Of a DNA stretch of 64,000 nucleotides, positions 25,820 through 35,771 are shown piece after piece. The notes under the pieces are model-generated. The model saw only the letters and a list, made by a program, of their open reading frames with translations. It was not told where the DNA came from and made no database searches. The stretch lies in the IMG/VR virus record IMGVR_UViG_3300045526_000235, positions 15,772 to 79,771 of that record; one strand, written 5' to 3'. How positions within the stretch are numbered: the stretch's first letter is position 1; each line of letters starts with the position of its first letter. The stretch comes from a virus (lineage: Duplodnaviria; Caudoviricetes). The position numbers and the translations under genes were made by a program.

Positions 25820-26107
25820 ATGCCCGCTGGCAACGCTCCTTCTTTTTCCGGCTCTCTTGACCTGACGCCCGACGTGCTTAATGCCATGAAAAAGGCAGGC
25901 ACCAATGCAAATGGTAATTACAAACTGCGCTTTGCCCTTTGGGACAATGACAAGCGTGATAAGGACACTGCTCCTCATTTCAAAGGACTGGTGACAGTTC
26001 CCGAAATGAATGACAGCCCTAAAGCCTATGCTTCGATGTGGAGCAACGATGGCAAAGGCGGTGGTCAAACCGCTTCTCGTCCCGCAGCTAACGACGATCC
26101 GTTCTGA
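25820..26107 (+). CDS. ssb: Single-stranded DNA-binding protein
   Basis: Small OB-like protein with W.N motifs and an acidic DDPF C-terminus, next to the annealing protein and exonuclease. Confidence 0.65.
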   Translation: MPAGNAPSFSGSLDLTPDVLNAMKKAGTNANGNYKLRFALWDNDKRDKDTAPHFKGLVTVPEMNDSPKAYASMWSNDGKGGGQTASRPAANDDPF

Positions 26108-26109
26108 TC

Positions 26110-26316
26110 ATGACTAAAGCCGACAAAGATCCTTTGATTTGGGGCATTAGTCTTGTCATTGCATTGATTATTGTCGGCTTTTTCAGTTTTGGCATGGCTT
26201 GTTTAGGGGCATGGGCGGTCGTTTCTATATGGCCGTCTGTGCCCTTTTTGCCTGTCGCCGTTTTGATTTGGCTGATTATGGCCCTGTTCTCACGCTCTTC
26301 TAACAATGCTTCTTAA
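26110..26316 (+). CDS. Small membrane protein
   Basis: Two hydrophobic helices. Confidence 0.6.
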   Translation: MTKADKDPLIWGISLVIALIIVGFFSFGMACLGAWAVVSIWPSVPFLPVAVLIWLIMALFSRSSNNAS

Positions 26317-26890
26317 CGACAAGGAAATTACTGTTCTTGCAGAGAATGACATCCTTTTTCCTTTCGTTGGAGAAAAAACTAGGGAACTAGACAATGGCAC
26401 TAAAGCATTGTCTTATGGACTTTCTCATGCTGGTTATGACCTTCGTCTTTCCCCAGACGATTTTATGGTCATTAACAACAACAAGGAAGTGGAAGCCCTG
26501 GACGTTAAGGCTTTCAACAAGGAACTGATGTACAAGGCCACTCCTATTGAGGAGCTTGGCAGTACTTTCTTTATCCTGCCCCCATTTTCCTACGCGCTTG
26601 GCGTAAGCTTAGAGCTCATCACGATGCCTCCAAACGTTATGGGCATCTGTGACGGCAAGTCTACTTATGCGCGTCAAGGTACCATCATTAACGTCACGCC
26701 AATTGAGCCTGGTTGGTCTGGTCACCTTACTATTTGTATTGTCAATCCCCTGGCTTTTCCAGTACGCATCTATGCAAACGAAGGGATTGTGCAAATCATG
26801 TTTGCCCGTCTTGATTCAGACGCACGTCAGTCCTATGGCAATGGCAAATATCAAAATCAAGGCGCTAGCGTAACATTCGCTGCCGTCTAA
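26306..26890 (+). CDS. dcd: dCTP deaminase
   Basis: LSYGLSHAGYDLRL, GKSTYARQG, TPIEPGWSGHLT and IYANEGIVQ motifs. Confidence 0.92.
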   Translation: MLLNDKEITVLAENDILFPFVGEKTRELDNGTKALSYGLSHAGYDLRLSPDDFMVINNNKEVEALDVKAFNKELMYKATPIEELGSTFFILPPFSYALGVSLELITMPPNVMGICDGKSTYARQGTIINVTPIEPGWSGHLTICIVNPLAFPVRIYANEGIVQIMFARLDSDARQSYGNGKYQNQGASVTFAAV

Positions 26891-26893
26891 TTT

Positions 26894-27259
26894 GTGAGCG
26901 CTCTTGAAGATCAGTTTCTAGGCCTATGGCAAGCTCACTATCCTGACCTGCCATTGATCAGAGAGTACAGCGATGTTGAAAGCTGGGAGGCTGATTTTCA
27001 AGAGCGTTATGCCAAAAGCAAACGTTCAAAGCGTTACAGAGCAGATTTTGCACATCTTCCTTCTCGCTCTCTCATTGAAATACAAGGTGGCACTTTTAAT
27101 CGTGGCCGTCATGTTACTGGCAGCGGCTACGAACGAGATGCCCGCAAATTCAACCTTGCCATGATGGCAGGATGGAAAGTGTTTCTTCTGACTAGCCAAA
27201 CGGCCAAAGAAACCGCATGGCTCGAGAAGATTGCTTCTGTTCTGCGGACAAGCGGTTGA
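26894..27259 (+). CDS. PD-(D/E)XK endonuclease (resolvase/Vsr-like)
   Basis: YRADFA...IEIQGG...GRH...KFNLA...GWKV motif. Confidence 0.7.
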   Translation: MSALEDQFLGLWQAHYPDLPLIREYSDVESWEADFQERYAKSKRSKRYRADFAHLPSRSLIEIQGGTFNRGRHVTGSGYERDARKFNLAMMAGWKVFLLTSQTAKETAWLEKIASVLRTSG

Positions 27260-27569
27260 TTGCATCGCCTGCTTCGCCAAGCAACGCTTCGGCTGCATCA
27301 AGATCATGCTGTTGCATTTGCATGGCTTGACGTAGTTCAAGATTTTCTTTCATCAATGCAGTGAAGGCTTCCTGCATATTGCTCCAACCTTCTAGCAAAT
27401 TGCTAGCTACTTCCCTCAGTTTCCCCACATCATTGCATTCAGCAAGTGCTCGTTTGTTGGCGGTTAGGGCAAAATCCCGTTCCATGCTGCGTTCAAAAGG
27501 CCCCATCACTGCAATGCGTTTTTGTCCGTTGTAGTTTAATCCTACTGGAATGGAAAACATCATCGTCAT
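27192..27569 (-). CDS. Hypothetical coiled-coil protein
   Basis: 125-aa ORF filling an otherwise empty interval. Confidence 0.55.
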   Translation of the reverse strand: MTMMFSIPVGLNYNGQKRIAVMGPFERSMERDFALTANKRALAECNDVGKLREVASNLLEGWSNMQEAFTALMKENLELRQAMQMQQHDLDAAEALLGEAGDAINRLSAEQKQSSRAMRFLWPFG

Positions 27570-27599
27570 TGTTCTTCCATTGTTTGCTTTAGCCTAGCC

Positions 27600-27920
27600 A
27601 TGAAGCGAAACGGCAAGCAGTTTGTTTACAGGGTGGACGATGGGAAGAATGCCGTAAAATTCCAGGCGGGCTACCGTCCCTACCATCTTCCCCGTACTCC
27701 ACGTCGTCATGAATGGGCCGTTGGACAGCAAGTGGTATACGTGCAATGCACTGCAGCAGGATGGATGCCATCTTCCATTGTTGGCACCATTGTTGGGTTT
27801 GATGAAAGTGGAAGATCCCGTAAAGCACAAGTACGCTGGCATTCAGCTACGGACATTGCTCCTACAATCAGTTTGCAACGACTTCGACCTTTCTCTTTGA
27901 TTTATGACGCCCGTTTCTGA
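27600..27920 (+). CDS. Hypothetical protein (possibly SH3/KOW-like)
   Basis: 106-aa ORF upstream of thyX. Confidence 0.6.
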   Translation: MKRNGKQFVYRVDDGKNAVKFQAGYRPYHLPRTPRRHEWAVGQQVVYVQCTAAGWMPSSIVGTIVGFDESGRSRKAQVRWHSATDIAPTISLQRLRPFSLIYDARF

Positions 27921-28620
27921 ACGCATTGATCCGCTGATGGATGGCATCAGCATGGTGCGTCTAATTGATTGGATGGGAACAAGCCTGGATATTGTTTGTG
28001 ATGCTCGACAAAGCTTTGATCAAACCAGCCAAGACTGGTCGGAAAAGGATCAAAAGCTTCTCAACTATCTTGTCAAGCATCAACACACTAGTCCCTTTCG
28101 CGGGGTGGTTACGAAATGGCAAATCAAAGCTCCGCTGTACGTTGCTCGTCAATGGTGGAAGCATGTGATTGGCGGCACCTATGCCAACGATCAGCTTGGA
28201 TGGAACGAGAAAAGCTTTCGCTATTGCGAAGCAGATAGTGAACAGTTCTACATGCCTCGCCAGTTCCGCCGTCAAAGCGCAAGCAACAAGCAAGCCTCTG
28301 ATGGCCCCCTGGACGCGACCATGAACCACGTGGCCGCCATTGAATACGCCAAGGCCCTGCAGCAGGCTAAACAGGCCTACAGCGCCCTTCTGACGCTAGG
28401 CGTGAGCAAAGAGCAAGCACGAGGTATTCTGCCCACTAGCCACTACACCAGCTTTACTTGGACTTGCAGCCTTCAGGCCCTCCTCCATTTCATTGGCCTT
28501 CGCGACAAGGGCGATGCACAAGGTGAAATTCAGGCCTATGCTCAGGCATTATCCCTGCTTGCTCGCCCCTTGTTTAAGGAAGCGTTTGAAGCTTTTGATC
28601 TGCATCAATCTACATTCTGA
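27904..28620 (+). CDS. thyX: Flavin-dependent thymidylate synthase
   Basis: HTSPF, ARQWWKH, WNEKSFRY, EQARGILP and AQGEI motifs. Confidence 0.93.
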   Translation: MTPVSERIDPLMDGISMVRLIDWMGTSLDIVCDARQSFDQTSQDWSEKDQKLLNYLVKHQHTSPFRGVVTKWQIKAPLYVARQWWKHVIGGTYANDQLGWNEKSFRYCEADSEQFYMPRQFRRQSASNKQASDGPLDATMNHVAAIEYAKALQQAKQAYSALLTLGVSKEQARGILPTSHYTSFTWTCSLQALLHFIGLRDKGDAQGEIQAYAQALSLLARPLFKEAFEAFDLHQSTF

Positions 28621-28622
28621 CC

Positions 28623-28997
28623 ATGACCATTGAACATCCTCCTATGCGCTTTGATCCCGTGGAAAATCCTGCTCACTACAACAAGAATGGTGGCATTGAA
28701 GCTATTGAAAGCATTGAAGCGTCAATGACACAAGAGGCCTTTAAAGGCTTTCTGAAGGGCAATGTATTGAAATACGTTTGGCGTTACGAAGCCAAGAATG
28801 GCTTGCAAGATTTACAAAAAGCAAAGTGGTATCTTGATCGTCTCGTGTTTATGCTTGAACTAGAAAGCGAAAAAGAAGCCCTTGATGCCATTGAACAGTC
28901 TTCCATGGAATGTAAAGATGGTTTCTGTCCAATGCCTGGCGTGCGATATGACAAACCTCCTGAAAGTGGCGTGGTGTTTCCTCCAATTAAGGACTAA
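28623..28997 (+). CDS. DUF3310 protein
   Basis: DPVENPAHY, IEAIE, GNVLKYVWRY..KNG.QDLQKAKWYL motifs. Confidence 0.88.
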   Translation: MTIEHPPMRFDPVENPAHYNKNGGIEAIESIEASMTQEAFKGFLKGNVLKYVWRYEAKNGLQDLQKAKWYLDRLVFMLELESEKEALDAIEQSSMECKDGFCPMPGVRYDKPPESGVVFPPIKD

Positions 28998-29476
28998 GCG
29001 GCATTACAACAAAGGCCCCAAAAGGGGCCTTTTTCATGCTCAATCGTTTCATGAAACGGCAGGGCAATACCACGACGCTCGCACCAATCCTCCAGGTCTT
29101 TTTGATTCGTATGGGCGCTAACAAAACTATGACAATACACCCACGACATTAAAGCTTCTTCTCGCTTTTCAGTCCAGAATTGCTGCGGACGCCACCATTC
29201 AAGAATGGGCAAATTGCCCTTATCTAAATTACACTTTTGGCACGCTGGCACCATATTGTATTTGGCAAAATGGGGACCGCCTTTACTTTTAGGAACAATG
29301 TGATCAATGGTCATCTTTTCTCCCCATCGTCCGCAATAAGCGCATGCACACTGCCCTAACGGACCACGCAGGAAATAGTCTTCAAAGATGCTTTTTCTAA
29401 ATCGACGCTTTGCGTCTCCAGGGCGAAGTTCAATGAGGGAATGCAATAGCTCATCGGGACCATTCGCTCTCAGCAT
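28994..29476 (-). CDS. HNH endonuclease
   Basis: CAYCG...TIDHIVPKSKGG...NMVPACQKCN..KG motif. Confidence 0.88.
   Translation of the reverse strand: MLRANGPDELLHSLIELRPGDAKRRFRKSIFEDYFLRGPLGQCACAYCGRWGEKMTIDHIVPKSKGGPHFAKYNMVPACQKCNLDKGNLPILEWWRPQQFWTEKREEALMSWVYCHSFVSAHTNQKDLEDWCERRGIALPFHETIEHEKGPFWGLCCNAA
29011..29035 (+). terminator. Terminator of the plus-strand replication operon
   Basis: AAAGGCCCC-AAAA-GGGGCCTTTTT; overlaps the 3' end of the HNH gene. Confidence 0.65.
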
Positions 29477-29562
29477 GGCGCTATTTAATTGTCTTGCCCA
29501 CAATCTAACAACCAAATACTGACTATCGAAACAAGCTACAATTTTTATATTGTGCAACGGCC

Positions 29563-29772
29563 ATGAAGAGTTTTCAAGACGGATTGATGAACTTTGTGGC
29601 CACTGTAACGGCCGGAATGCTGCTTTCTACTGGCGCAATGTTGATTACTGTCGGCAATCAACAGGCTAAAGTGGCAGTGCAAATTGAAAGCATCACCGAA
29701 AAACTTACTACGCTCACAAACAATATGAGCGGGCTGGAAAACAGGGTGCGTTCTTTAGAAACAGAACGCTAG
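29563..29772 (+). CDS. Small membrane/coiled-coil protein of the lysis module
   Basis: N-terminal TM helix followed by a coiled coil; upstream of the endolysin. Confidence 0.6.
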   Translation: MKSFQDGLMNFVATVTAGMLLSTGAMLITVGNQQAKVAVQIESITEKLTTLTNNMSGLENRVRSLETER

Positions 29773-29798
29773 GCTATTTATATCTCGCTTGTATCATC

Positions 29799-29942
29799 AT
29801 GACTGGCGCTGAATGGTTTATTGTCGGCGGTATCGTCGTTGTTGCTCTTGATCAAATTCTTGATCATTCTCCTTTGAAATCTAATAATGTGCTCCAACTT
29901 GCCATGGAAGGACTTAAGGCAATCTTCCGCGTTGGCAAATGA
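29799..29942 (+). CDS. Small holin-like protein (47 aa)
   Basis: MTGAEWFIVGGIVVVALDQILDHSPLKSNNVLQL...; directly precedes the endolysin. Confidence 0.5.
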   Translation: MTGAEWFIVGGIVVVALDQILDHSPLKSNNVLQLAMEGLKAIFRVGK

Positions 29943-29945
29943 GCC

Positions 29946-30893
29946 ATGAAATGGCCTTCAGACCAGGCATTCTGGGATGAATGCTTTGCCATTGCCAAGC
30001 GACTGGGAGCTCGCTATCCAGAGCTCGCAGCCGCTCAATGCAGCTTAGAAAGCGGCTTTGGCAAACACACGTCTGGCAAAGAAAACTACCTAGGCCTCAA
30101 AGGCCCTGGCACTGCTACTACCACGCAAGAATGGTATGACGGTCAATGGGTGACTATTAAGGCGGGCTTTATTGATTTTCCAAGTCTTGCAGCTTGCCTT
30201 GATTATTTAATCACGCGATGGTACAAAGACTATCGTCATTTCAAAGGCATTAATAATGCCGCAAATAGATATGCAGCCGCTCGTGCCTTAAAGGATCAAG
30301 GCTACGCCACCGATCCAGACTATCCGGCAAAGCTATCGCGGCTGATGAAACAATACGCTCCTGAATCCACTTCTTCCATCATGATTGGTCCTAAGAAAAG
30401 CCCTCAAGATTTTGGCTTTAAAACTGGCGATTCCCATCTCATCGTTAACGATGCATTGGAAACAATGAAAGCCTTTTCCTTTGGTGGAAAACTTTTATGG
30501 GAAATTCCTTGTCTTGCTCGCGGACAATACAGTGATTTTGAATGGCGCGTCACTAATTCCGACACTCCTCCGGGCCTTTACAAAATTGGAACAGTTTATA
30601 AAGACTATGAAAACGTGGGAGCAAATCCTTCTTATGATCGCACCCTTATGGCTTATGGGTGGTATAGCTTCGACTTGGTGGAACTGGAAAATCAAGAAGC
30701 GGGCGTTGGACGAGCCGGAATCATGATTCATGGCGGTGGTAGCGCAAATGGTTGGCCAGGCGCATGGGCCATGAAACAGCCTTTAGTCCCTACGCATGGC
30801 TGCATTCGCTGCTATAACATTGACCTTCGCGACAAGATTTTGCCGCTGACTAAAACTGGTACTGTCTTTGTAAGCGTGTACCAGGAGGGCTGA
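29946..30893 (+). CDS. Endolysin: glucosaminidase-like + L,D-transpeptidase-like domains
   Basis: AQCSLESG, NYLGLKG and GYATDPDY motifs (GH73-like); C-terminal HGGGS...THGCIR (YkuD-like His/Cys). Confidence 0.8.
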   Translation: MKWPSDQAFWDECFAIAKRLGARYPELAAAQCSLESGFGKHTSGKENYLGLKGPGTATTTQEWYDGQWVTIKAGFIDFPSLAACLDYLITRWYKDYRHFKGINNAANRYAAARALKDQGYATDPDYPAKLSRLMKQYAPESTSSIMIGPKKSPQDFGFKTGDSHLIVNDALETMKAFSFGGKLLWEIPCLARGQYSDFEWRVTNSDTPPGLYKIGTVYKDYENVGANPSYDRTLMAYGWYSFDLVELENQEAGVGRAGIMIHGGGSANGWPGAWAMKQPLVPTHGCIRCYNIDLRDKILPLTKTGTVFVSVYQEG

Positions 30894-30900
30894 TTAACTA

Positions 30901-32187
30901 TTAAGCAAACGAGCCAGTGGTGCCTGCAACTTGACGGACGGTGTAGTACGAACCGGCTTGGGGTGTCACCGTGCCGCCAGCGCAGGTGATTTGCAGCTTG
31001 AAGGTGGTAGCCAAGTTAGTGACCACCTGCACATTAAATCGATAGACCATAACAGCATTATTCGAGATTGCTCCAGTAGCGTTGAATGCTATTGCTACGA
31101 CGTTCCTGGTGCCGGCGTATCCTGTTGTCACTGCTCCTGGTCCGATGCCTGTGACTGGCCCAGCCGTGTAATGACCGCTCAATAAGGATGGGGCACTGCT
31201 AGTTGTTAGCTGCCAAGTCACTGTACTTGAAGTATTCTTTACTAGATGAGCAAGTATTTCAATGTCATAGACGCTACTTGCAGCAAGATTGATAGCACTT
31301 GTAGCACCAAAAAAGTCACCAATCGTAGCGCCAACGTTTGCGCCGTTAGAGGTGAGTCTGAATGTTTGACGAGACGAAATTTGACCTCGCCCGCTGGTTG
31401 TTGTTGGCGTGCTGTAGAAGTGTGTGCCATCGTACTCAACTGCACCAGCCACTGGAGTGGTGAGATTAGTTCCAGCTTCAAAATCCAATGGCGCAGCAGT
31501 TGTCGTTCCCGCTCTTAGTCGAACTGTTTTACCAAAAGTGGCATCGTTGGTGCCAATGGTTAGTGAATCAGTGGCTTCAGAATTACGAGAGAAACGAATG
31601 TCATGGTTAGTTGTTGTACCAATCCCCAAAGGACCGCTTGTCGCTGTTACATATACACTATTTGGCTGGTTAAATACACCAGTTCCTGAATAAGTGGAGC
31701 TATTAATACCAAAATTACCGTAGTTAGTGCTATCAGTGGATACATCGTTACAAACAACAAAGTCGCAGGAAGCATTGCTATTGTTGCTTGTATTTTGTAC
31801 CAGCACTTGGAAATATTGCGTTTCCGCTGATTCAAAGACTGCACCGATGCGGGCGCCAGTAAAACTTAAAGCGCCAACGCTTACAACGCCTTTGTCTGTA
31901 GCACCAGCAGCCACTGCATTAGTTGCATCAAGTGCTCCAGCAGTTAAAACATCAGTGGTGGAATTAAAGCTTAAATTAACATCGGCCCCAAAAACGCCAC
32001 TATTATTAAACTGCACTTGTCCATTGGAACCGGCAGGAGGATTTCCAGCTCCAATTTCAATCATGTTGCCAGCAGCATTTTTAATATATAGCTTGCTGTT
32101 GGTTGAGTCCCACGCAGGTTCGCCTTCAACAAATGAACCAGGGCTAGGAACAGTTGATCCCCTGCGAAGGCGAATTGTATTAGCCAT
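30901..32187 (-). CDS. Tail fiber / virion structural protein
   Basis: MANTIRLRRGS...GEPAWD N-terminus, GSNGQVQFNNSGVFG motif, G/T/A-rich. Confidence 0.7.
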   Translation of the reverse strand: MANTIRLRRGSTVPSPGSFVEGEPAWDSTNSKLYIKNAAGNMIEIGAGNPPAGSNGQVQFNNSGVFGADVNLSFNSTTDVLTAGALDATNAVAAGATDKGVVSVGALSFTGARIGAVFESAETQYFQVLVQNTSNNSNASCDFVVCNDVSTDSTNYGNFGINSSTYSGTGVFNQPNSVYVTATSGPLGIGTTTNHDIRFSRNSEATDSLTIGTNDATFGKTVRLRAGTTTAAPLDFEAGTNLTTPVAGAVEYDGTHFYSTPTTTSGRGQISSRQTFRLTSNGANVGATIGDFFGATSAINLAASSVYDIEILAHLVKNTSSTVTWQLTTSSAPSLLSGHYTAGPVTGIGPGAVTTGYAGTRNVVAIAFNATGAISNNAVMVYRFNVQVVTNLATTFKLQITCAGGTVTPQAGSYYTVRQVAGTTGSFA

Positions 32188-32189
32188 TT

Positions 32190-33878
32190 CTAGAACGTTC
32201 CACCATCAATTGTCGAACCATCCGAAAGGAGAGTTCCGCTTGTCGGTAGTGTAACACTCGTTGTGGCAGTAACAGTAAGCGTGGTGCCAAATGCTCCGGA
32301 AAGAGTGAAGGCGCCAGCAGTAGAAATATTGCCACCAAGCGTGATTGTATTGCTATTAGAAACGCCAGTACCACCATTGGCAGCAGACAACGTGCCAGCA
32401 AGAGTGACAGTGCCGTTTGTCGCAGTGGAAGGAGTGAGGCCAGTGGTGCCAGCAGAGAACGTTGTTACACCACCACCAGCAGACGAGAATTGCGTGAATG
32501 TGATTGCATCGCCATTGAACGCAGAATATCCAGCCGCATTAATGCCCATGCGAATGGGGGCAGCAGCAGTTTGCACATAGGCAGCCCCACCATTTGCCGT
32601 ACCCGCTGCGATAAAGATATAGTCACCTTGAGCAATTTCGCCAGTAGGACTGTTGTCAAAATCGCTCGTGCGCGTCCACACACCATTGGCACCAGTGCCG
32701 ACAGTGGTAACCGTATAGACACCGTTGTAACCATTGGTAGCGTGATCCTTGACAAGAATACGCTCGCCCCCCGTAAACGTTGAAGAACCATCCAGCGTAT
32801 TGGGAGTGCCAGTAAGTGTGGCACCAGCACCGGGATTGCCAGTAACGCTAATGCTTAAACCAGTGCCGTTAGTAAGCGTTGCATTTGCACCGCCAAAATT
32901 AGCCGACACCTTCACTTGGTTAGTGGCAGGAATCGACGTGACGTAATACGTTGTATTGGCGTTGAGACCAGTGCCAGTAGTGGTATTGCCAGTTCTAATT
33001 TGAGAATTAACATCTAAACCATGGCTGGCGCTAAAAGTGATCGTATCAGTGCCAGTGATGTCAGTAATTGTTAAAACACTGCCACCAGAAACATACGTGT
33101 AGGATACGCCGCTAGCAGTGGCGTATTGAACTGCACCGTGAATATTTATGCTTTGAGCAATGGAATCAGCATACTGTTTGTTAACAGCATCACTAGGAAG
33201 AGCCGGAGCCGCAAGATTAGTAATCCTTTGACTATTTAAACTAACACTACCGGACGGCGCTGCTAACTGATCTAAACGGTTAAGTCTAACTTGCGTGTCA
33301 AAATTACTAATTTTTGCTGCACTTAACAATGGAATGTCGGCTGCAACTAAACTGCGAAATGTAGGGGTGCCAGTAGAACCGTCTGGCGCTGCAAATACAG
33401 TGTTGGTAGTTTGATTAGCTAACGCGCCAGTGAGAGTGCCACTACCAGTAACAGGCGACCCTGTAACGTTAATAATAGAAGGAAGGCTCAGCGCGACAGA
33501 AGTGACCGTGCCCGTACCATAGCCTTGTCCTTTAACAAATGCAGTGGTAGCAAGTTTTGTCGATGAGTCAGAAAGAGTGGCAGTGGCGCCAGTAGTATTT
33601 GCACCAAAACTAACAGTGCCAGTAAAGTCTTTATTGCCAGAAATGGGCAGCGACAATGCAGTGGTTTGGTTGCCAGTAAGATTGACAAAAGCACCAGCAC
33701 CGCCAATTGCAATTACGCTAGTCGCACTCCCGCCAACACCACCAGTTCCGTAGCCATAGTAGAGAATACCATTTCCACTATCGCTTTCGTTATACGCTAA
33801 TTCCGCATTTGCCAGACTAGATGGAGCACCTGCGCTACCACCAGAAGCACGACGCTTAATCCGTACAGTGTTAGGCAT
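32190..33878 (-). CDS. Tail fiber / virion structural protein
   Basis: MPNTVRIKRR...LANAELAYNE N-terminus, DAVNKQYAD, GERILVKD..NGYNGVY and IDGGTF motifs. Confidence 0.75.
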   Translation of the reverse strand: MPNTVRIKRRASGGSAGAPSSLANAELAYNESDSGNGILYYGYGTGGVGGSATSVIAIGGAGAFVNLTGNQTTALSLPISGNKDFTGTVSFGANTTGATATLSDSSTKLATTAFVKGQGYGTGTVTSVALSLPSIINVTGSPVTGSGTLTGALANQTTNTVFAAPDGSTGTPTFRSLVAADIPLLSAAKISNFDTQVRLNRLDQLAAPSGSVSLNSQRITNLAAPALPSDAVNKQYADSIAQSINIHGAVQYATASGVSYTYVSGGSVLTITDITGTDTITFSASHGLDVNSQIRTGNTTTGTGLNANTTYYVTSIPATNQVKVSANFGGANATLTNGTGLSISVTGNPGAGATLTGTPNTLDGSSTFTGGERILVKDHATNGYNGVYTVTTVGTGANGVWTRTSDFDNSPTGEIAQGDYIFIAAGTANGGAAYVQTAAAPIRMGINAAGYSAFNGDAITFTQFSSAGGGVTTFSAGTTGLTPSTATNGTVTLAGTLSAANGGTGVSNSNTITLGGNISTAGAFTLSGAFGTTLTVTATTSVTLPTSGTLLSDGSTIDGGTF

Positions 33879-33880
33879 TT

Positions 33881-34156
33881 CTAAAAATTACCCCCATCGG
33901 TGAGTGTGTTGGTCGTCCAATTAGCGTCTGCTTTGAACTGCGAACTGTTAGCGTCGTAATATACAACACTTCCATTTACTTTAGCACTTTCATTAACAAT
34001 TAATCCCGCTTGCCCTGTCGGTCCAATAGCTCCTTGAGGGCCGCTTGCGGACAAAACAATGGAAGGACGAGCTGGAATAGTAATAACCGTCTCGTTTTTT
34101 TCTCCCTCTATAACAGAGACAATCATTGTCTCTTCGCTAATAGCTACTTCAGCCAT
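33881..34156 (-). CDS. Short collagen-like structural protein
   Basis: GPQGAIGPTGQAG; ends LTDGGNF. Confidence 0.65.
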   Translation of the reverse strand: MAEVAISEETMIVSVIEGEKNETVITIPARPSIVLSASGPQGAIGPTGQAGLIVNESAKVNGSVVYYDANSSQFKADANWTTNTLTDGGNF

Positions 34157-34158
34157 GG

Positions 34159-34503
34159 TCAGCGTCCAGTAAGGCCAGGATCAAACAATGCCGTTCCTTG
34201 AAGGAAATAGTATTTATCCCCATTAGGCTCGGTGATCATCACATCATATTGGCCTTGTTCAGTGATGCCGCTTGTCACAGTCGCTGGTAAACGCAATTTA
34301 AACATGCCGCTAGCTTGTGTAGTCCACTGATGCGTAAAATCAGCAAGCTTTGCTGTGCCAAGCTTATTCCATAACTGCCCTGCTACCGTATACCCGCTCA
34401 TATTCACAGGCGTACCATTGCCATCTTTATATTGCAAATTAAGCTCAAAAGTGGCGCCTTGATGAATGGTAATATTATAAACTGCAGGGTCAATCATAGC
34501 CAT
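34159..34503 (-). CDS. BppU/LtfC-like virion adaptor protein
   Basis: YNITIHQGATF, PVNMSGYT and GQYDV...LQG motifs. Confidence 0.65.
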   Translation of the reverse strand: MAMIDPAVYNITIHQGATFELNLQYKDGNGTPVNMSGYTVAGQLWNKLGTAKLADFTHQWTTQASGMFKLRLPATVTSGITEQGQYDVMITEPNGDKYYFLQGTALFDPGLTGR

Positions 34504-34520
34504 TCTCCTTAGCTCCCATC

Positions 34521-35741
34521 CTAATATAATTCTCTCCAACCAATGAGACCAGTGGCTTTCATAGCTGTGTCACATTGAATGGTAAGAGCGAGCACGTCAC
34601 TATTTCCAGCATTGTCTTTGCCAAGCGTAAGTGCTAATGCACTTTTAGGATCAAACTGCACTGAATTACGTCCGCTAATTAAACCAGCAGCAAGAACAGT
34701 GCCCCCAGAAAACGTTCCAGTGGTCATCACTTGCACATTGCCACGTCCATTTGCTGCGCTATTCCATACGCCAGAAACAGTGGGATTTAAATAAAGTCGC
34801 CATTGAGCTAATGCATTGCCATCAGTGCAAGCATCAATTTGAGATGGAAGAATAATGTTATCAGTACGCCCAGACGCCATGCGAATGGCAGCAAATAATG
34901 TTTCCGATGTAGTGGAAAGAGTGCCTCCAATGCCAGCGCCGCCAGTGTAAATTGGCCCGCTAGGCTCATACCCTCCTTCACTAACAACGCTGCAGCAAAT
35001 CTGTTTAAGCGATGCAGAAGAAGCAATGGCAGTAGTATTTTGCAAGCGGTACGACACAGGCAGGGTAGCCGTGGTCATATAAACGCCATCAATACTATTG
35101 GCATGATTAAATTCATGACAGTATTTAATTTCGCCATCAACAACAAAACCACACCTCACGCGGCCAACGCCAAGCCATTCCAGGTCAGCAACAAAAATTT
35201 GAGCCTTGCTAAAAATAAGTTCGGGAAACGTATTAATATTCCAGCTTGACTGGTTAACTACATTCTCGACTACGCTTCCAGAAGTTTTGCTTCTAATAAC
35301 GAATTGAAAAGACAAGCCACTGGCCCTCAGCATCACTCCGTTGTCATTATCAAAAAGCCCCACTTCTTGAATCAATCCAGGAGTGGGAACACTGCCGCAA
35401 AAGCTTTGCAACACTAACAGACTTTTGCCTGGCTGATAGGGCATATTGCGCTTTGATCGACGCACCACGCTATCGCCAGAAGCAGTAGTAGTTGTAAGGG
35501 CAATGGAGCTTTCGTTGACTAAATAGTTAGTATTGCCTGCTCCAACAGTTGCTTCATACCATTGATCAGTTCGTTTTGTATAACGAAGAGTGCTATCAAA
35601 AATGGTAAATGGCTCGCTAAATCGTTGCCGCCCAAAAGCATCCACTTCTCCGCTATCGGGACCACGCTGTAAAATTTTGCCGCGATAATCAGCCTCAATG
35701 TGAGTTTCAAACTGCTCACCACCAGCAATGATTTGTCCCAT
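34521..35741 (-). CDS. Virion structural protein
   Basis: VDAFGRQRFSEPFTIFDS and DLEWLGVGRVRCGF motifs typical of phage structural genes. Confidence 0.7.
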   Translation of the reverse strand: MGQIIAGGEQFETHIEADYRGKILQRGPDSGEVDAFGRQRFSEPFTIFDSTLRYTKRTDQWYEATVGAGNTNYLVNESSIALTTTTASGDSVVRRSKRNMPYQPGKSLLVLQSFCGSVPTPGLIQEVGLFDNDNGVMLRASGLSFQFVIRSKTSGSVVENVVNQSSWNINTFPELIFSKAQIFVADLEWLGVGRVRCGFVVDGEIKYCHEFNHANSIDGVYMTTATLPVSYRLQNTTAIASSASLKQICCSVVSEGGYEPSGPIYTGGAGIGGTLSTTSETLFAAIRMASGRTDNIILPSQIDACTDGNALAQWRLYLNPTVSGVWNSAANGRGNVQVMTTGTFSGGTVLAAGLISGRNSVQFDPKSALALTLGKDNAGNSDVLALTIQCDTAMKATGLIGWRELY

Positions 35742-35771
35742 GGCCTTCTCTTTTTAAGCCATGCTAATAGA

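Noticed and set aside
27904-29476. Intron or intein in thyX/nrd, or the HNH gene as an intron-encoded homing endonuclease
   Set aside because: thyX and nrdA read continuously at expected lengths, and the HNH gene is free-standing on the opposite strand.
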